A stretch of 52,369 nucleotides of DNA from an uncultured Pseudomonadales bacterium (GTDB taxonomy: Bacteria; Patescibacteriota; Microgenomatia; UBA1400; PJMF01): positions 1-52,369 of the forward strand of contig CAYTIA010000006.1 of assembly GCA_964437755.1 (NCBI GenBank). Direction: 5' to 3'. Both the position numbers and the translations under genes were made by a program. Position 1 is the stretch's first letter, and every line of letters starts with the position of its first letter. The notes beneath the pieces were generated by a model, which saw only the letters and a list, made by a program, of their open reading frames with translations, ran no database searches and was not told the origin of the DNA. Of this stretch, positions 25,085-33,386 are shown one piece after another.

Positions 25085-26947
25085 CTAACTAAAAGATTCT
25101 ACTGTCGGCTTTTCTAAACGAATAAAATCTTGAGTACTCATTAAAATTGACCTATCTCTTTTCCCTACGTTAAAGGCTATCTCCTTTTGAGCTAATAATG
25201 ATTCATCAAGATAGGTTTTTATCTTTAAAACTGAACCAAAAGGTGGTATTGATCCGATTTGCAAACTCGTTTTCGCCTCAACGGTTTCTTTTGAAGCCAT
25301 AGCTATTTTTGAAGCTCCGACAAACTTTTGGAGCTTTTCGAGATTTGCTCTTTTATCTCCTGGCAACACCAATAAGGCATATTCACCATCTATATCAACC
25401 ACCAAAGCCTTTGCTGACTGTTCAAGAGTAGTTCCCCTTACCTCGGCCGCTTCTTGACTTGTTGTAACGGGTTGATGTACGAAATACCTAAAATTTGCCC
25501 CCAGATCTTTGAGTTTATTGATTATTTGATCATGAACAGAAAGACTGTCTTGATCAGTCACTCCAATACCCAATTCTGCCAGTTGTGCAGAATCAACCTC
25601 ATTGGGAGCATCCATAACCGCCGTTCTGCCTGAAGACGAGGTAGGAAAGGCGATCGTTTCTTTAATTGATTGTTCATTGGCCAACAACATTGCTAAACGA
25701 TCAAAGCCTAGTGCTATACCTCCATGAGGTGGAGTTCCAAGCTGGAAAGCCTCAAGAATATGGCCAATACTGTCTTCGGTTTCTTGATCTGAATAGCCCA
25801 TAATCTTAAAGGTAGATCTAAGAACATCGGGGCGATGAGCTCTTATACTTCCTCCACCAACCTCATAACCATTGCAGACTAAATCATATTGAGCAGTTTT
25901 AATCTGTTCTAAATTTTTTTGGTTGAGATGATCCTCTAAATACTCTTCTTGAGGGGTGCTGAATGGATTATGAGTAAAGGTCCAACCACTTTTACCATCT
26001 TGAACCTCAGCTGCATCTGTCTTATCAACCTTTTTGAAGAAAGGAAAATCAACTACCCAAACAAAAGCTAACACCCCACTCTTTTTCTCTTCTGGAGTAC
26101 GCAAATCAAATTTATCTGCACCATATTTATTAATTGCCTCTTGATAAGGCACAACTGGAAAAGTTTCTTGTTGAAGCACTCCACCAACTTTTTTAACCGC
26201 ATGCTTCACCATCTCTTCAACAAACGCCATCACTTCCTGTTGAGAAACAAAACTCATTTCTAAGTCAAGTTGGGTAAACTCAAATCCTCGATCTGCTCGA
26301 AGGTCTTCATCTCGAATACATTTGGCAAACTGAAAATATCTTTCAAAACCAGCTGTCATAAGCAGCTGTTTATACTGTTGTGGGCTTTGCGGCAAAGCAT
26401 AAAATTTACCTGGTTGAAAACGGGAAGGTACCAAGAAGTCTCTTGCTCCTTCTTTAGTTGACTTAGTTAAAAGTGGAGTTTCAATTTCTACGAAGTCCTT
26501 TTCAAGAAGCTTCTCGCGAAGAGCCTGCCCAAGCTCTGATCTCATTTTAAGATTGTGCTGTAGCCTTGGTCTTCTTAGATCTAGATAACGATACTTTAAT
26601 CGAGGTACTTCATTTATCTCCAAACCATCTCCATCTAAAGAAATTGGTAACTCAGTACAATCGTTGAGTAATTTGTACTGCTCAACCTCAAGCTCCACCT
26701 TGCCTGAATCTAAATCAGGATTAATATAGCGCTCATCTCTTTCTTTCACCTGCCCCGTAACTTCTATCACCGACTCGATTCTCAGTTCTGCCAATTTTTT
26801 AAAACCAACAATCTGGACCACTCCAGATCTATCTCTAAGATCAATAAAAGTAATCTTGCCATGATCACGCTTACTTTCCACCCAGCCTTGGAGTGTTACC
26901 TGTTGCCCTATTTTGGTTGAGATATCTCTTGAAAGTGTTCTTTGCAT
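25085..26947 (-). CDS. aspS: Aspartyl-tRNA synthetase lacking the GAD insertion, fused to a C-terminal YbaK/ProX-family domain
   Basis: RDHG..FIDLRD, YRYLDLRR, LPQSPQ.YKQ, RDEDLRADR and PPHGGIALGFDRL; the last about 150 aa carry SAKAL, GSIPPFG and FNVG YbaK-family motifs. Confidence 0.93.
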   Translation of the reverse strand: MQRTLSRDISTKIGQQVTLQGWVESKRDHGKITFIDLRDRSGVVQIVGFKKLAELRIESVIEVTGQVKERDERYINPDLDSGKVELEVEQYKLLNDCTELPISLDGDGLEINEVPRLKYRYLDLRRPRLQHNLKMRSELGQALREKLLEKDFVEIETPLLTKSTKEGARDFLVPSRFQPGKFYALPQSPQQYKQLLMTAGFERYFQFAKCIRDEDLRADRGFEFTQLDLEMSFVSQQEVMAFVEEMVKHAVKKVGGVLQQETFPVVPYQEAINKYGADKFDLRTPEEKKSGVLAFVWVVDFPFFKKVDKTDAAEVQDGKSGWTFTHNPFSTPQEEYLEDHLNQKNLEQIKTAQYDLVCNGYEVGGGSIRAHRPDVLRSTFKIMGYSDQETEDSIGHILEAFQLGTPPHGGIALGFDRLAMLLANEQSIKETIAFPTSSSGRTAVMDAPNEVDSAQLAELGIGVTDQDSLSVHDQIINKLKDLGANFRYFVHQPVTTSQEAAEVRGTTLEQSAKALVVDIDGEYALLVLPGDKRANLEKLQKFVGASKIAMASKETVEAKTSLQIGSIPPFGSVLKIKTYLDESLLAQKEIAFNVGKRDRSILMSTQDFIRLEKPTVESFS

Positions 26948-26999
26948 ATGGGGATATTATAGTAGAGAAGATCAGAAAAAAAATAGAGGATTTGTATAG

Positions 27000-27028
27000 T
27001 TGCACTCCCTTGTTATTTATGCTTTAAT
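27000..27028 (+). promoter_or_regulatory. Sigma70-like promoter with extended -10
   Basis: TTGCAC (27000-27005), 17 bp, then TGc-TTTAAT (27020-27028). Confidence 0.6.
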
Positions 27029-27036
27029 TTTCAAGA

Positions 27037-27117
27037 ATGAAAAATTGGCAACACCAACCTACTATTTGCAAGTTTAAGCTTGTTATTTACAAACAAGTGC
27101 CTATAGCGGTGGTGTAA
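27037..27117 (+). CDS. Putative leader peptide (26 aa) MKNWQHQPTICKFKLVIYKQVPIAVV
   Basis: ATG 8 nt after the -10 box; the last codons and stop overlap the antiterminator 5' strand. Confidence 0.45.
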   Translation: MKNWQHQPTICKFKLVIYKQVPIAVV

Positions 27118-27142
27118 CCAAAATATTAATCAATAAATCAAC

Positions 27143-27167
27143 ACCCCGCTACACAGCGGGGTTTTTT
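27143..27167 (+). terminator. Intrinsic terminator with a mutually exclusive antiterminator
   Basis: ACCCCGCT-ACAC-AGCGGGGT followed by a T run; 27104-27115 can pair with 27141-27151 instead. Confidence 0.75.
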
Positions 27168-27181
27168 GATGTAAGGCAAGT

Positions 27182-27346
27182 ATGACAAAAGAGTTTGCTC
27201 CAAAACAGATGGTTGAGAAAAAGATACCAACCCCAAAGCATAAACCATTTATTCGCCAAATGATGATTGATCAACCGTTTTGGCACGAAAGACAGCTAAT
27301 TGTTGAAAGCAGGCTGTTTGAGAATAAGAGAAACAAATCTGATTAG
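27182..27346 (+). CDS. Small hypothetical protein (54 aa), below the ORF-track cutoff
   Basis: MTKEFAPKQ...NKRNKSD-TAG with AAGG 5 nt upstream; fills the gap after the terminator. Confidence 0.45.
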   Translation: MTKEFAPKQMVEKKIPTPKHKPFIRQMMIDQPFWHERQLIVESRLFENKRNKSD

Positions 27347-27389
27347 ACCTTCAGGTTTCGATTTTTTTTTCAATGGTTATAATAATCTC

Positions 27390-28556
27390 ATGCGCAAAAC
27401 TTCAACTATTGCATTAATCGGTGCGATAATTCTTGCATTACTCTTGATAGTATTGACGTCATTGAAAGTTTGGAACATAAGTCTGATCTCATTTTTATCT
27501 CAGTCAACCAATGAACTAATTTCACCTTGGGTAGAAAATCCCCTTGAGCGTACTCATCCTCTAAATAAATACTCATTTACTAACTTAAAAAACCAACAAT
27601 ATCAAACAGATAAAATTACTTTAACCAGACTTGTTGAGGACAATGATGACTACTCTAGTTTTCTTTTTTCCTATAAAACCATGAATAAAACAATGACCGG
27701 TCTTGCTAATGTTCCCAAAATTTGTCAATCTATTTCATGCCCAGTAATTCTTTTAGTTAGAGGGTATGCAGACAAGGAACAGTATTCGCCAGGATTTGGT
27801 ACTAAAAATGCAGCTAAGGTGTTTGCTGATAATCAATACATTACTCTAGCCCCAGATTTTTTTGGTTTTGCTGGCGCAGACCCAGAACCGGAAGACACCT
27901 GGGAAGCCAGGTTCATTAAACCTATTAACATTATTGAGTTAATAAAAACTATTCAGACTAATCCTACAATCTATTCTGAAGTAATTGAAAATACTGAAAG
28001 TGAAGCTGCAGAAAATCATCACGAAACTCAAGTGACAAATAAGTATGCTCAGATAGATCCAAACAAGATAGGGATTTGGGCTCACAGCAATGGGGGTCAA
28101 ATTACATTAAGCGTTTTGCAAATTCTTAGCGAACCTATTCCAGCAACTCTATGGGCTCCGGTCACAGCACCTTTTCCTTATTCGCTTCTCTTTTTCACTA
28201 GAACTAATGAGGATGAGGGAAAAGAAGCAAGAGCTTGGATAGCAATCTTTGAAAAAGATTATGATGTTTTTGAGTTCAGCATCACTAAGCATATTGATTC
28301 ATTAACGGGACCTCTGCAAATTCATCATGGTTCTAGAGATAAAGATGCACTTCAAGAATGGTCTGATAGTTTTATCCAAATAATCGAGGTTGAAAATAAT
28401 AAACGAGCAGAAACTGATAACAATCATCAGCCTATTGAGTATCAATACTATATTTATCCAGATGCTGATCATAATTTATTACCAAGTCACAACTGGCAAC
28501 AGGCTATTCAAAGAGATTTACTCTTTTTTAAAGAGAAGGGAATAAGTCATGAATAA
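27390..28556 (+). CDS. Membrane-anchored alpha/beta hydrolase (S9-like)
   Basis: AHSNGG nucleophile elbow, HHGSRD (Asp), ADHN (His); TM at the N-terminus from ATG 27390. Confidence 0.88.
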   Translation: MRKTSTIALIGAIILALLLIVLTSLKVWNISLISFLSQSTNELISPWVENPLERTHPLNKYSFTNLKNQQYQTDKITLTRLVEDNDDYSSFLFSYKTMNKTMTGLANVPKICQSISCPVILLVRGYADKEQYSPGFGTKNAAKVFADNQYITLAPDFFGFAGADPEPEDTWEARFIKPINIIELIKTIQTNPTIYSEVIENTESEAAENHHETQVTNKYAQIDPNKIGIWAHSNGGQITLSVLQILSEPIPATLWAPVTAPFPYSLLFFTRTNEDEGKEARAWIAIFEKDYDVFEFSITKHIDSLTGPLQIHHGSRDKDALQEWSDSFIQIIEVENNKRAETDNNHQPIEYQYYIYPDADHNLLPSHNWQQAIQRDLLFFKEKGISHE

Positions 28557-29016
28557 AGCCTCATCAAGATTGAAATATAATCCAAAATCCTTTGTCTCTA
28601 AACCCATCAAGGCCTCAAGTAGAATTAAAAGGAAATTAACAAAAAATGCTGATAAAAACAAAAATAATTCAATTATTCTTAATGCTTTAAAACATTATTT
28701 TGAACATCTGCCAACATTAGGAATGGCTATAGTGCTGTGTATAGCTACTATCTTTTTCCTGAAAGAAGTTCCACCAAACTCTGTTAGACATTTTCTCTTA
28801 CCCAACACTTATCTGCCTTTTTTATTCTTAATTTTTTTGAGCAGTTTATTCTTATTAAGTTTTGTCTTTTTAAATAGGAGAGTTGGTTTTTTACTCTCAC
28901 TGACCATTACCACCTACATATTTTTAAAAGTACAGCAAGTAATTATGGAACCCTGGCTATTAATAACACTGGCAATAGCTATACTCGCTTCACCCATAAC
29001 TATATTAATATTGTGA
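28549..29016 (+). CDS. Membrane protein with a basic N-terminal tail
   Basis: K/R-rich N-terminus followed by about four TM helices; overlaps the hydrolase stop. Confidence 0.7.
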   Translation: MNKASSRLKYNPKSFVSKPIKASSRIKRKLTKNADKNKNNSIILNALKHYFEHLPTLGMAIVLCIATIFFLKEVPPNSVRHFLLPNTYLPFLFLIFLSSLFLLSFVFLNRRVGFLLSLTITTYIFLKVQQVIMEPWLLITLAIAILASPITILIL

Positions 29017-29427
29017 AGAAGGATATTGTGGAGGAGGAGTTGGAGTTTCAATTGGAGCAACAAGAGTTGTTTCAGTACCCTTCCTTGCAGTTGGCTTTCT
29101 TGAGAGAAGGATACAACATTGTTCATAGAGTCTAATTGCATCTTCGGGATTTACCAATGGCGAAGTTAAATAATTCATGCATAATTTAAGAATTCTTTTT
29201 TCTTTGGTTATGTGCGAAACATCAGCCGTATATGGAGCAACTGTTGAAGTTGGAGGAGTCTCGACTTGAGCTGAAGCAATTCCTGAGTTGAATAAAGACA
29301 TCGCTACTAAAGCAATGGGGATGCCTGCTTTCAGCAAAACACGACAGACCTCTGCTCTAACTTGTTCAAATAATTGCTTATAGTCTTCTATCTTTGAATT
29401 ATTAATAGTTAAATTTTCCGTTCTCAT
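29005..29427 (-). CDS. Hypothetical protein with an internal signal-like segment
   Basis: Hydrophobic IPIALVAMSLF...ASA segment; P/T-rich linkers. Confidence 0.5.
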   Translation of the reverse strand: MRTENLTINNSKIEDYKQLFEQVRAEVCRVLLKAGIPIALVAMSLFNSGIASAQVETPPTSTVAPYTADVSHITKEKRILKLCMNYLTSPLVNPEDAIRLYEQCCILLSRKPTARKGTETTLVAPIETPTPPPQYPSSQY

Positions 29428-29593
29428 TTTTTTTTGATTTTCAAATTTCTAATTAATCTAACAAGTTACTTATCAATTACATATTCTCTTACTTTTATTT
29501 ATAAATGTCAATAAATAAATCAAACTAGATTATAATGATAAAGAGCATGTAATCTGGAAATAAACTCAACAAATATGAGATAATGCAATATCT

Positions 29594-31018
29594 ATGACTA
29601 ATAACTTTTTTATTACTACCACTCTGCCATATGTCAATGCTGAACCACATATTGGCTTCGGACTTGAAATAGTCGAGGCTGATGTTATCGCCCGCTATCA
29701 AAAAAGTCTTGGAAAAGAAATAATTTTTAATACTGGCACTGATGAACATGGCCAAAAAATCTATCAAAAAGCAGTAGAAACCAATCAAGATCCTCAAGAT
29801 TATTGCAATCAATACGCAGCCAAGTTTCAGGACTTAAAAAAGCTATTAAATCTAGATTACACTCATTTTATCCGTACTACTAATGCCAATCATCAGCAAG
29901 CTGCTCAAGCGTTTTGGTTAAAATCAAAAAAATCTAGAGATATTTACAAAGCTAAATATCAAGTAAAATATTGTGTTGGTTGTGAGCTTGAAAAAACTGA
30001 AAGTGAACTGATAGATGGAAAATGTCCTATTCATCCTCATCTTGATCTTGAAGAAAGAGATGAAGAAAACTACTTTTTTAGGTTCTCAAAATATCAAAAA
30101 CTGTTATTAGAGTTTTTAGAAAAAAATCCAGACTTCGTCCAGCCAGAATCAAAGATGAAGGAGGCAATAGCTTTCGTCAAGTCTGGTTTAAAAGATTTTA
30201 GTATCTCCAGATTAAAAAGTAAGATGCCTTGGGGCATTCCAGTTCCAGATGATGATAAACATGTGATGTACGTCTGGTTTGACGCGTTGGTTAACTATGT
30301 ATCTACTCTTGGATGGCCAACAAACTCCCAAGCCTTCAATCAATATTGGCCAGCTGTTCAAGTAGCCGGAAAAGATAATCTAAGACAACAAGCCATTATG
30401 TGGCAAGCAATGCTGATGTCTGCAAACTTACCTCCATCAAAAAAAATATTAATCAATGGTTTTATCAGTATTAACGGCCAAAAGATGAGTAAATCACTAG
30501 GCAACGTTATCTCTCCCGAAGAGATGGTGGCAAGATATGGTATCGACGCCACCAGATTTCTACTGATTTCACTAGGCACATTTAACGAAGATATGGATGT
30601 TAGCTGGGAAAGACTAGATGAAAATTATACCGCTAACCTCGCCAACGGAATAGGCAACTTATGTTCAAGAGTTGCCAAGATGTCAGCTGATGAAAAAATA
30701 GTTTTTTCTGAAAAGAAATCAGAAAAACACGATGAAGTTCTAGATAAGTATCATCAACTAATGGATCAGTACGAACTCTCAAAATCTCTAGAACTAATTA
30801 TCGATCTGATTAAAAAAACTGACTTATTTTTAAGTCAAAATGAGCCTTGGAAAAAATCCGGAGAAGAGAAAGTTAAAATACTGCTTTCTGCCATTTCCTA
30901 TATCAGAGTAATTAGCAAGATGCTTTCACCATTTACTCCAGAATTATCAATGACAGTTCTAGATAGTTTTCAAGAGCAAATTAAGCCTTTGGCACCTTTA
31001 TTTCCAAGGCTAAGTTAA
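29594..31018 (+). CDS. metG: Methionyl-tRNA synthetase (short form)
   Basis: PYVNAEPHIG, GTDEHGQKI, YVWFDAL and KMSKSLGN motifs. Confidence 0.97.
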   Translation: MTNNFFITTTLPYVNAEPHIGFGLEIVEADVIARYQKSLGKEIIFNTGTDEHGQKIYQKAVETNQDPQDYCNQYAAKFQDLKKLLNLDYTHFIRTTNANHQQAAQAFWLKSKKSRDIYKAKYQVKYCVGCELEKTESELIDGKCPIHPHLDLEERDEENYFFRFSKYQKLLLEFLEKNPDFVQPESKMKEAIAFVKSGLKDFSISRLKSKMPWGIPVPDDDKHVMYVWFDALVNYVSTLGWPTNSQAFNQYWPAVQVAGKDNLRQQAIMWQAMLMSANLPPSKKILINGFISINGQKMSKSLGNVISPEEMVARYGIDATRFLLISLGTFNEDMDVSWERLDENYTANLANGIGNLCSRVAKMSADEKIVFSEKKSEKHDEVLDKYHQLMDQYELSKSLELIIDLIKKTDLFLSQNEPWKKSGEEKVKILLSAISYIRVISKMLSPFTPELSMTVLDSFQEQIKPLAPLFPRLS

Positions 31019-31031
31019 GATCAATTTTTTT

Positions 31032-31889
31032 ATGATTTTTGATACTCATTGCCACTACAATCTAGAGCCAATTTTTTCTGGAAAACAACAGTTTTTTCCA
31101 ACAAAGTTAATAGCTCCAATTAGTAATTATAGCTGGCAAGATCATTGGCAAAATGCGCAGCTCGCTAACGTTAAAGCATCTCTTGTGGCTGGAGCAGATC
31201 TTGAATCAAGTAAAAGAGCAATTGAGATTGCTTCACAAGAAAAAAATCTTTTTGCAAGTGTCGGCATAAATCCAGCCGATTTTACTAACCAGACTGTTGA
31301 TCAACTGAACAATGATTTTAAACAAATCTCAACCCTAGCCAAAGAAAAAAAAGTAGTTGCAATTGGAGAGTGTGGTATCGATTATTTTAGATTATCAGAC
31401 TCAGAGCGATCATCTCAACAAAAAATCCAAAAATTAATTTTTATTAAACATATTGAATTGGCAAACAGTGTCAGCAAACCACTCATTATTCATGCAAGAG
31501 ACAACAAAAAACAGGCCTATGATCAAATACTAGAGATGCTAAAAAAACATTATTTATTTAAAAAACCGTTTGTACTTCATTGTGTTTCAGGACACATAGA
31601 ATATATAAAAGAAGCTCTAGGAATGGGAGCTTATGTCTCCTTTGCAGGCAATGTAACATATCATAATGCCCAAGAACAGAAAGATGTTTTAAAAATTGTT
31701 CCTCGAAATAGATTACTAATTGAAACTGACGCACCTTTTTTACCTCCTCAAGCAAAACGAGGTAAAATAAATCTGCCAGAGTTTATTGCCTTAACCGCAA
31801 CTTACCTAGAGCAGGAACATGGTGTAAACTTACAACAGATATTTTTAAACAGTAAAACTTTTTTTGGAGTAAATGAACTTATTGATTAA
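31032..31889 (+). CDS. tatD: TatD family DNase
   Basis: DTHCH, IGECGIDY, IHAR, LHC and ETDAPFL motifs. Confidence 0.93.
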   Translation: MIFDTHCHYNLEPIFSGKQQFFPTKLIAPISNYSWQDHWQNAQLANVKASLVAGADLESSKRAIEIASQEKNLFASVGINPADFTNQTVDQLNNDFKQISTLAKEKKVVAIGECGIDYFRLSDSERSSQQKIQKLIFIKHIELANSVSKPLIIHARDNKKQAYDQILEMLKKHYLFKKPFVLHCVSGHIEYIKEALGMGAYVSFAGNVTYHNAQEQKDVLKIVPRNRLLIETDAPFLPPQAKRGKINLPEFIALTATYLEQEHGVNLQQIFLNSKTFFGVNELID

Positions 31890-33382
31890 TGATAAAACGC
31901 TATTTTAGACGACATCCAGTTAAAACTCAGAGAGCTTTAGAAATATTGCCAGGATTTTTTTCTTGGTCGTTAATTCTTTTCCCCATTTGGGGATCCTTTT
32001 TAGTTCCTGTGTGGGTAGCCTATTATGTAATAATCTTTGCTGTATATTGGCTATATAGATCAATTATTTTAGCAGCTCTTTCTATAGCTGCACATTTTAG
32101 AATCAAGGCTTCATCTAATTTCGATTGGGTAACTGATCTAAAAAACCAATTTCCACAGCAGTGGAACTCCATTCATCACATTATTGTTATCCCCACTTAT
32201 AAAGAACCAATTCACATTTTAAGAAGAACTTTAACAGCTTTGAGTCAGCAATCTTATCCATTAGTAAATATTCATATAATGCTTTCATTCGAAGAAAGGG
32301 AAGGAGAAAAAGCCCAAGAAAAAGGAAAGTTGCTAAAAAAAGAGTTCTCCGATCTATTTGGAAATGTATGGGACACCTACCACCCCGATATTGAAAATGA
32401 AGTTAAAGGAAAATCATCAAATACTTCTTGGGGAGCAAAAATCGCCAAACAAAAATTAATTGATGAGCAAAAAATTGATATTAATCAAGTTACTATTACC
32501 AGCGAAGATGCGGATGCAAAGTTTCATGAACATTATTTTTCATATTTATCTTATGAATTCCTAAAGGATCCAAAGCCGTACAATAAAGTTTGGCAAGGGG
32601 CTGTGATGTTTTATAACAACATCTGGCAAGTTCCAGCTCCCATTAGAGTTTTGGCCTCTTCTTATTCTGTCATTCAAATGTATATTTTAATGCGCAAAGA
32701 CAGACTAATTAATTTTTCAACTTACTCAACAAGCTTAAAACACGCTGACTCTATCGGCTACTGGGATACTGATGTAATCCCTGAAGATTATCGTTTCTTC
32801 TTTAAGTCTTACTTTGAAAAAAAAGGAGATTTCGAGGTAAATCCAATATTTTTACCGATCTACTGCGATGCAGCTCAAGCAGATGGCTTCATGAATACCT
32901 TAAAGAATCAGTATGAACAGCTAAAAAGATGGGCTTGGGGAGTTAGTGATGATGCATATATCATTCGTCAATATGTTTTGTCAGAAGCTCCATTTTGGGA
33001 TAAATCTATGAGAGTACTAAAAGTGATAGAGGATCACTTTTTGTGGCCAGTCAACTGGTTTGCCATAACTGTCTCTGCAAGTTTACCTCCATTACTAAAC
33101 AAAAATTTTAACCGTACCATGCTTGGCAAAACTCTTCCCCAAGTTACATCAATGCTCTTAACATTTGCCTTGCTCTCAATGATAGTAGTAATAATTATTG
33201 ATGCCCTCAATAGACCTCCGAGACCAAAAGAAAAAACATTTTTATCAATTTTGCTTCAGCCTCTTGAATTTTTGTTAGTGCCTGTAATCGGGTTGTTTTT
33301 CTCTGCTCTACCAGGGATCGATGCTCACACTAGACTAATGCTTGGAAAATATATTGAATATAAAGTAACCACAAAAGTATAG
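31889..33382 (+). CDS. Membrane glycosyltransferase, GT2-like
   Basis: IPTYKE, GKSSN, EDAD, PED and QLKRWAWG (QxxRW) motifs; flanking TM helices. Confidence 0.85.
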   Translation: MIKRYFRRHPVKTQRALEILPGFFSWSLILFPIWGSFLVPVWVAYYVIIFAVYWLYRSIILAALSIAAHFRIKASSNFDWVTDLKNQFPQQWNSIHHIIVIPTYKEPIHILRRTLTALSQQSYPLVNIHIMLSFEEREGEKAQEKGKLLKKEFSDLFGNVWDTYHPDIENEVKGKSSNTSWGAKIAKQKLIDEQKIDINQVTITSEDADAKFHEHYFSYLSYEFLKDPKPYNKVWQGAVMFYNNIWQVPAPIRVLASSYSVIQMYILMRKDRLINFSTYSTSLKHADSIGYWDTDVIPEDYRFFFKSYFEKKGDFEVNPIFLPIYCDAAQADGFMNTLKNQYEQLKRWAWGVSDDAYIIRQYVLSEAPFWDKSMRVLKVIEDHFLWPVNWFAITVSASLPPLLNKNFNRTMLGKTLPQVTSMLLTFALLSMIVVIIIDALNRPPRPKEKTFLSILLQPLEFLLVPVIGLFFSALPGIDAHTRLMLGKYIEYKVTTKV

Positions 33383-33386
33383 ACAT

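Noticed and set aside
27100-27120. GCGGTGGTGT read as a T-box riboswitch
   Set aside because: It does not match the GGGTGGNACCGCG antiterminator consensus, and the 100-nt leader leaves no room for stem I. A uORF-based attenuator fits better.
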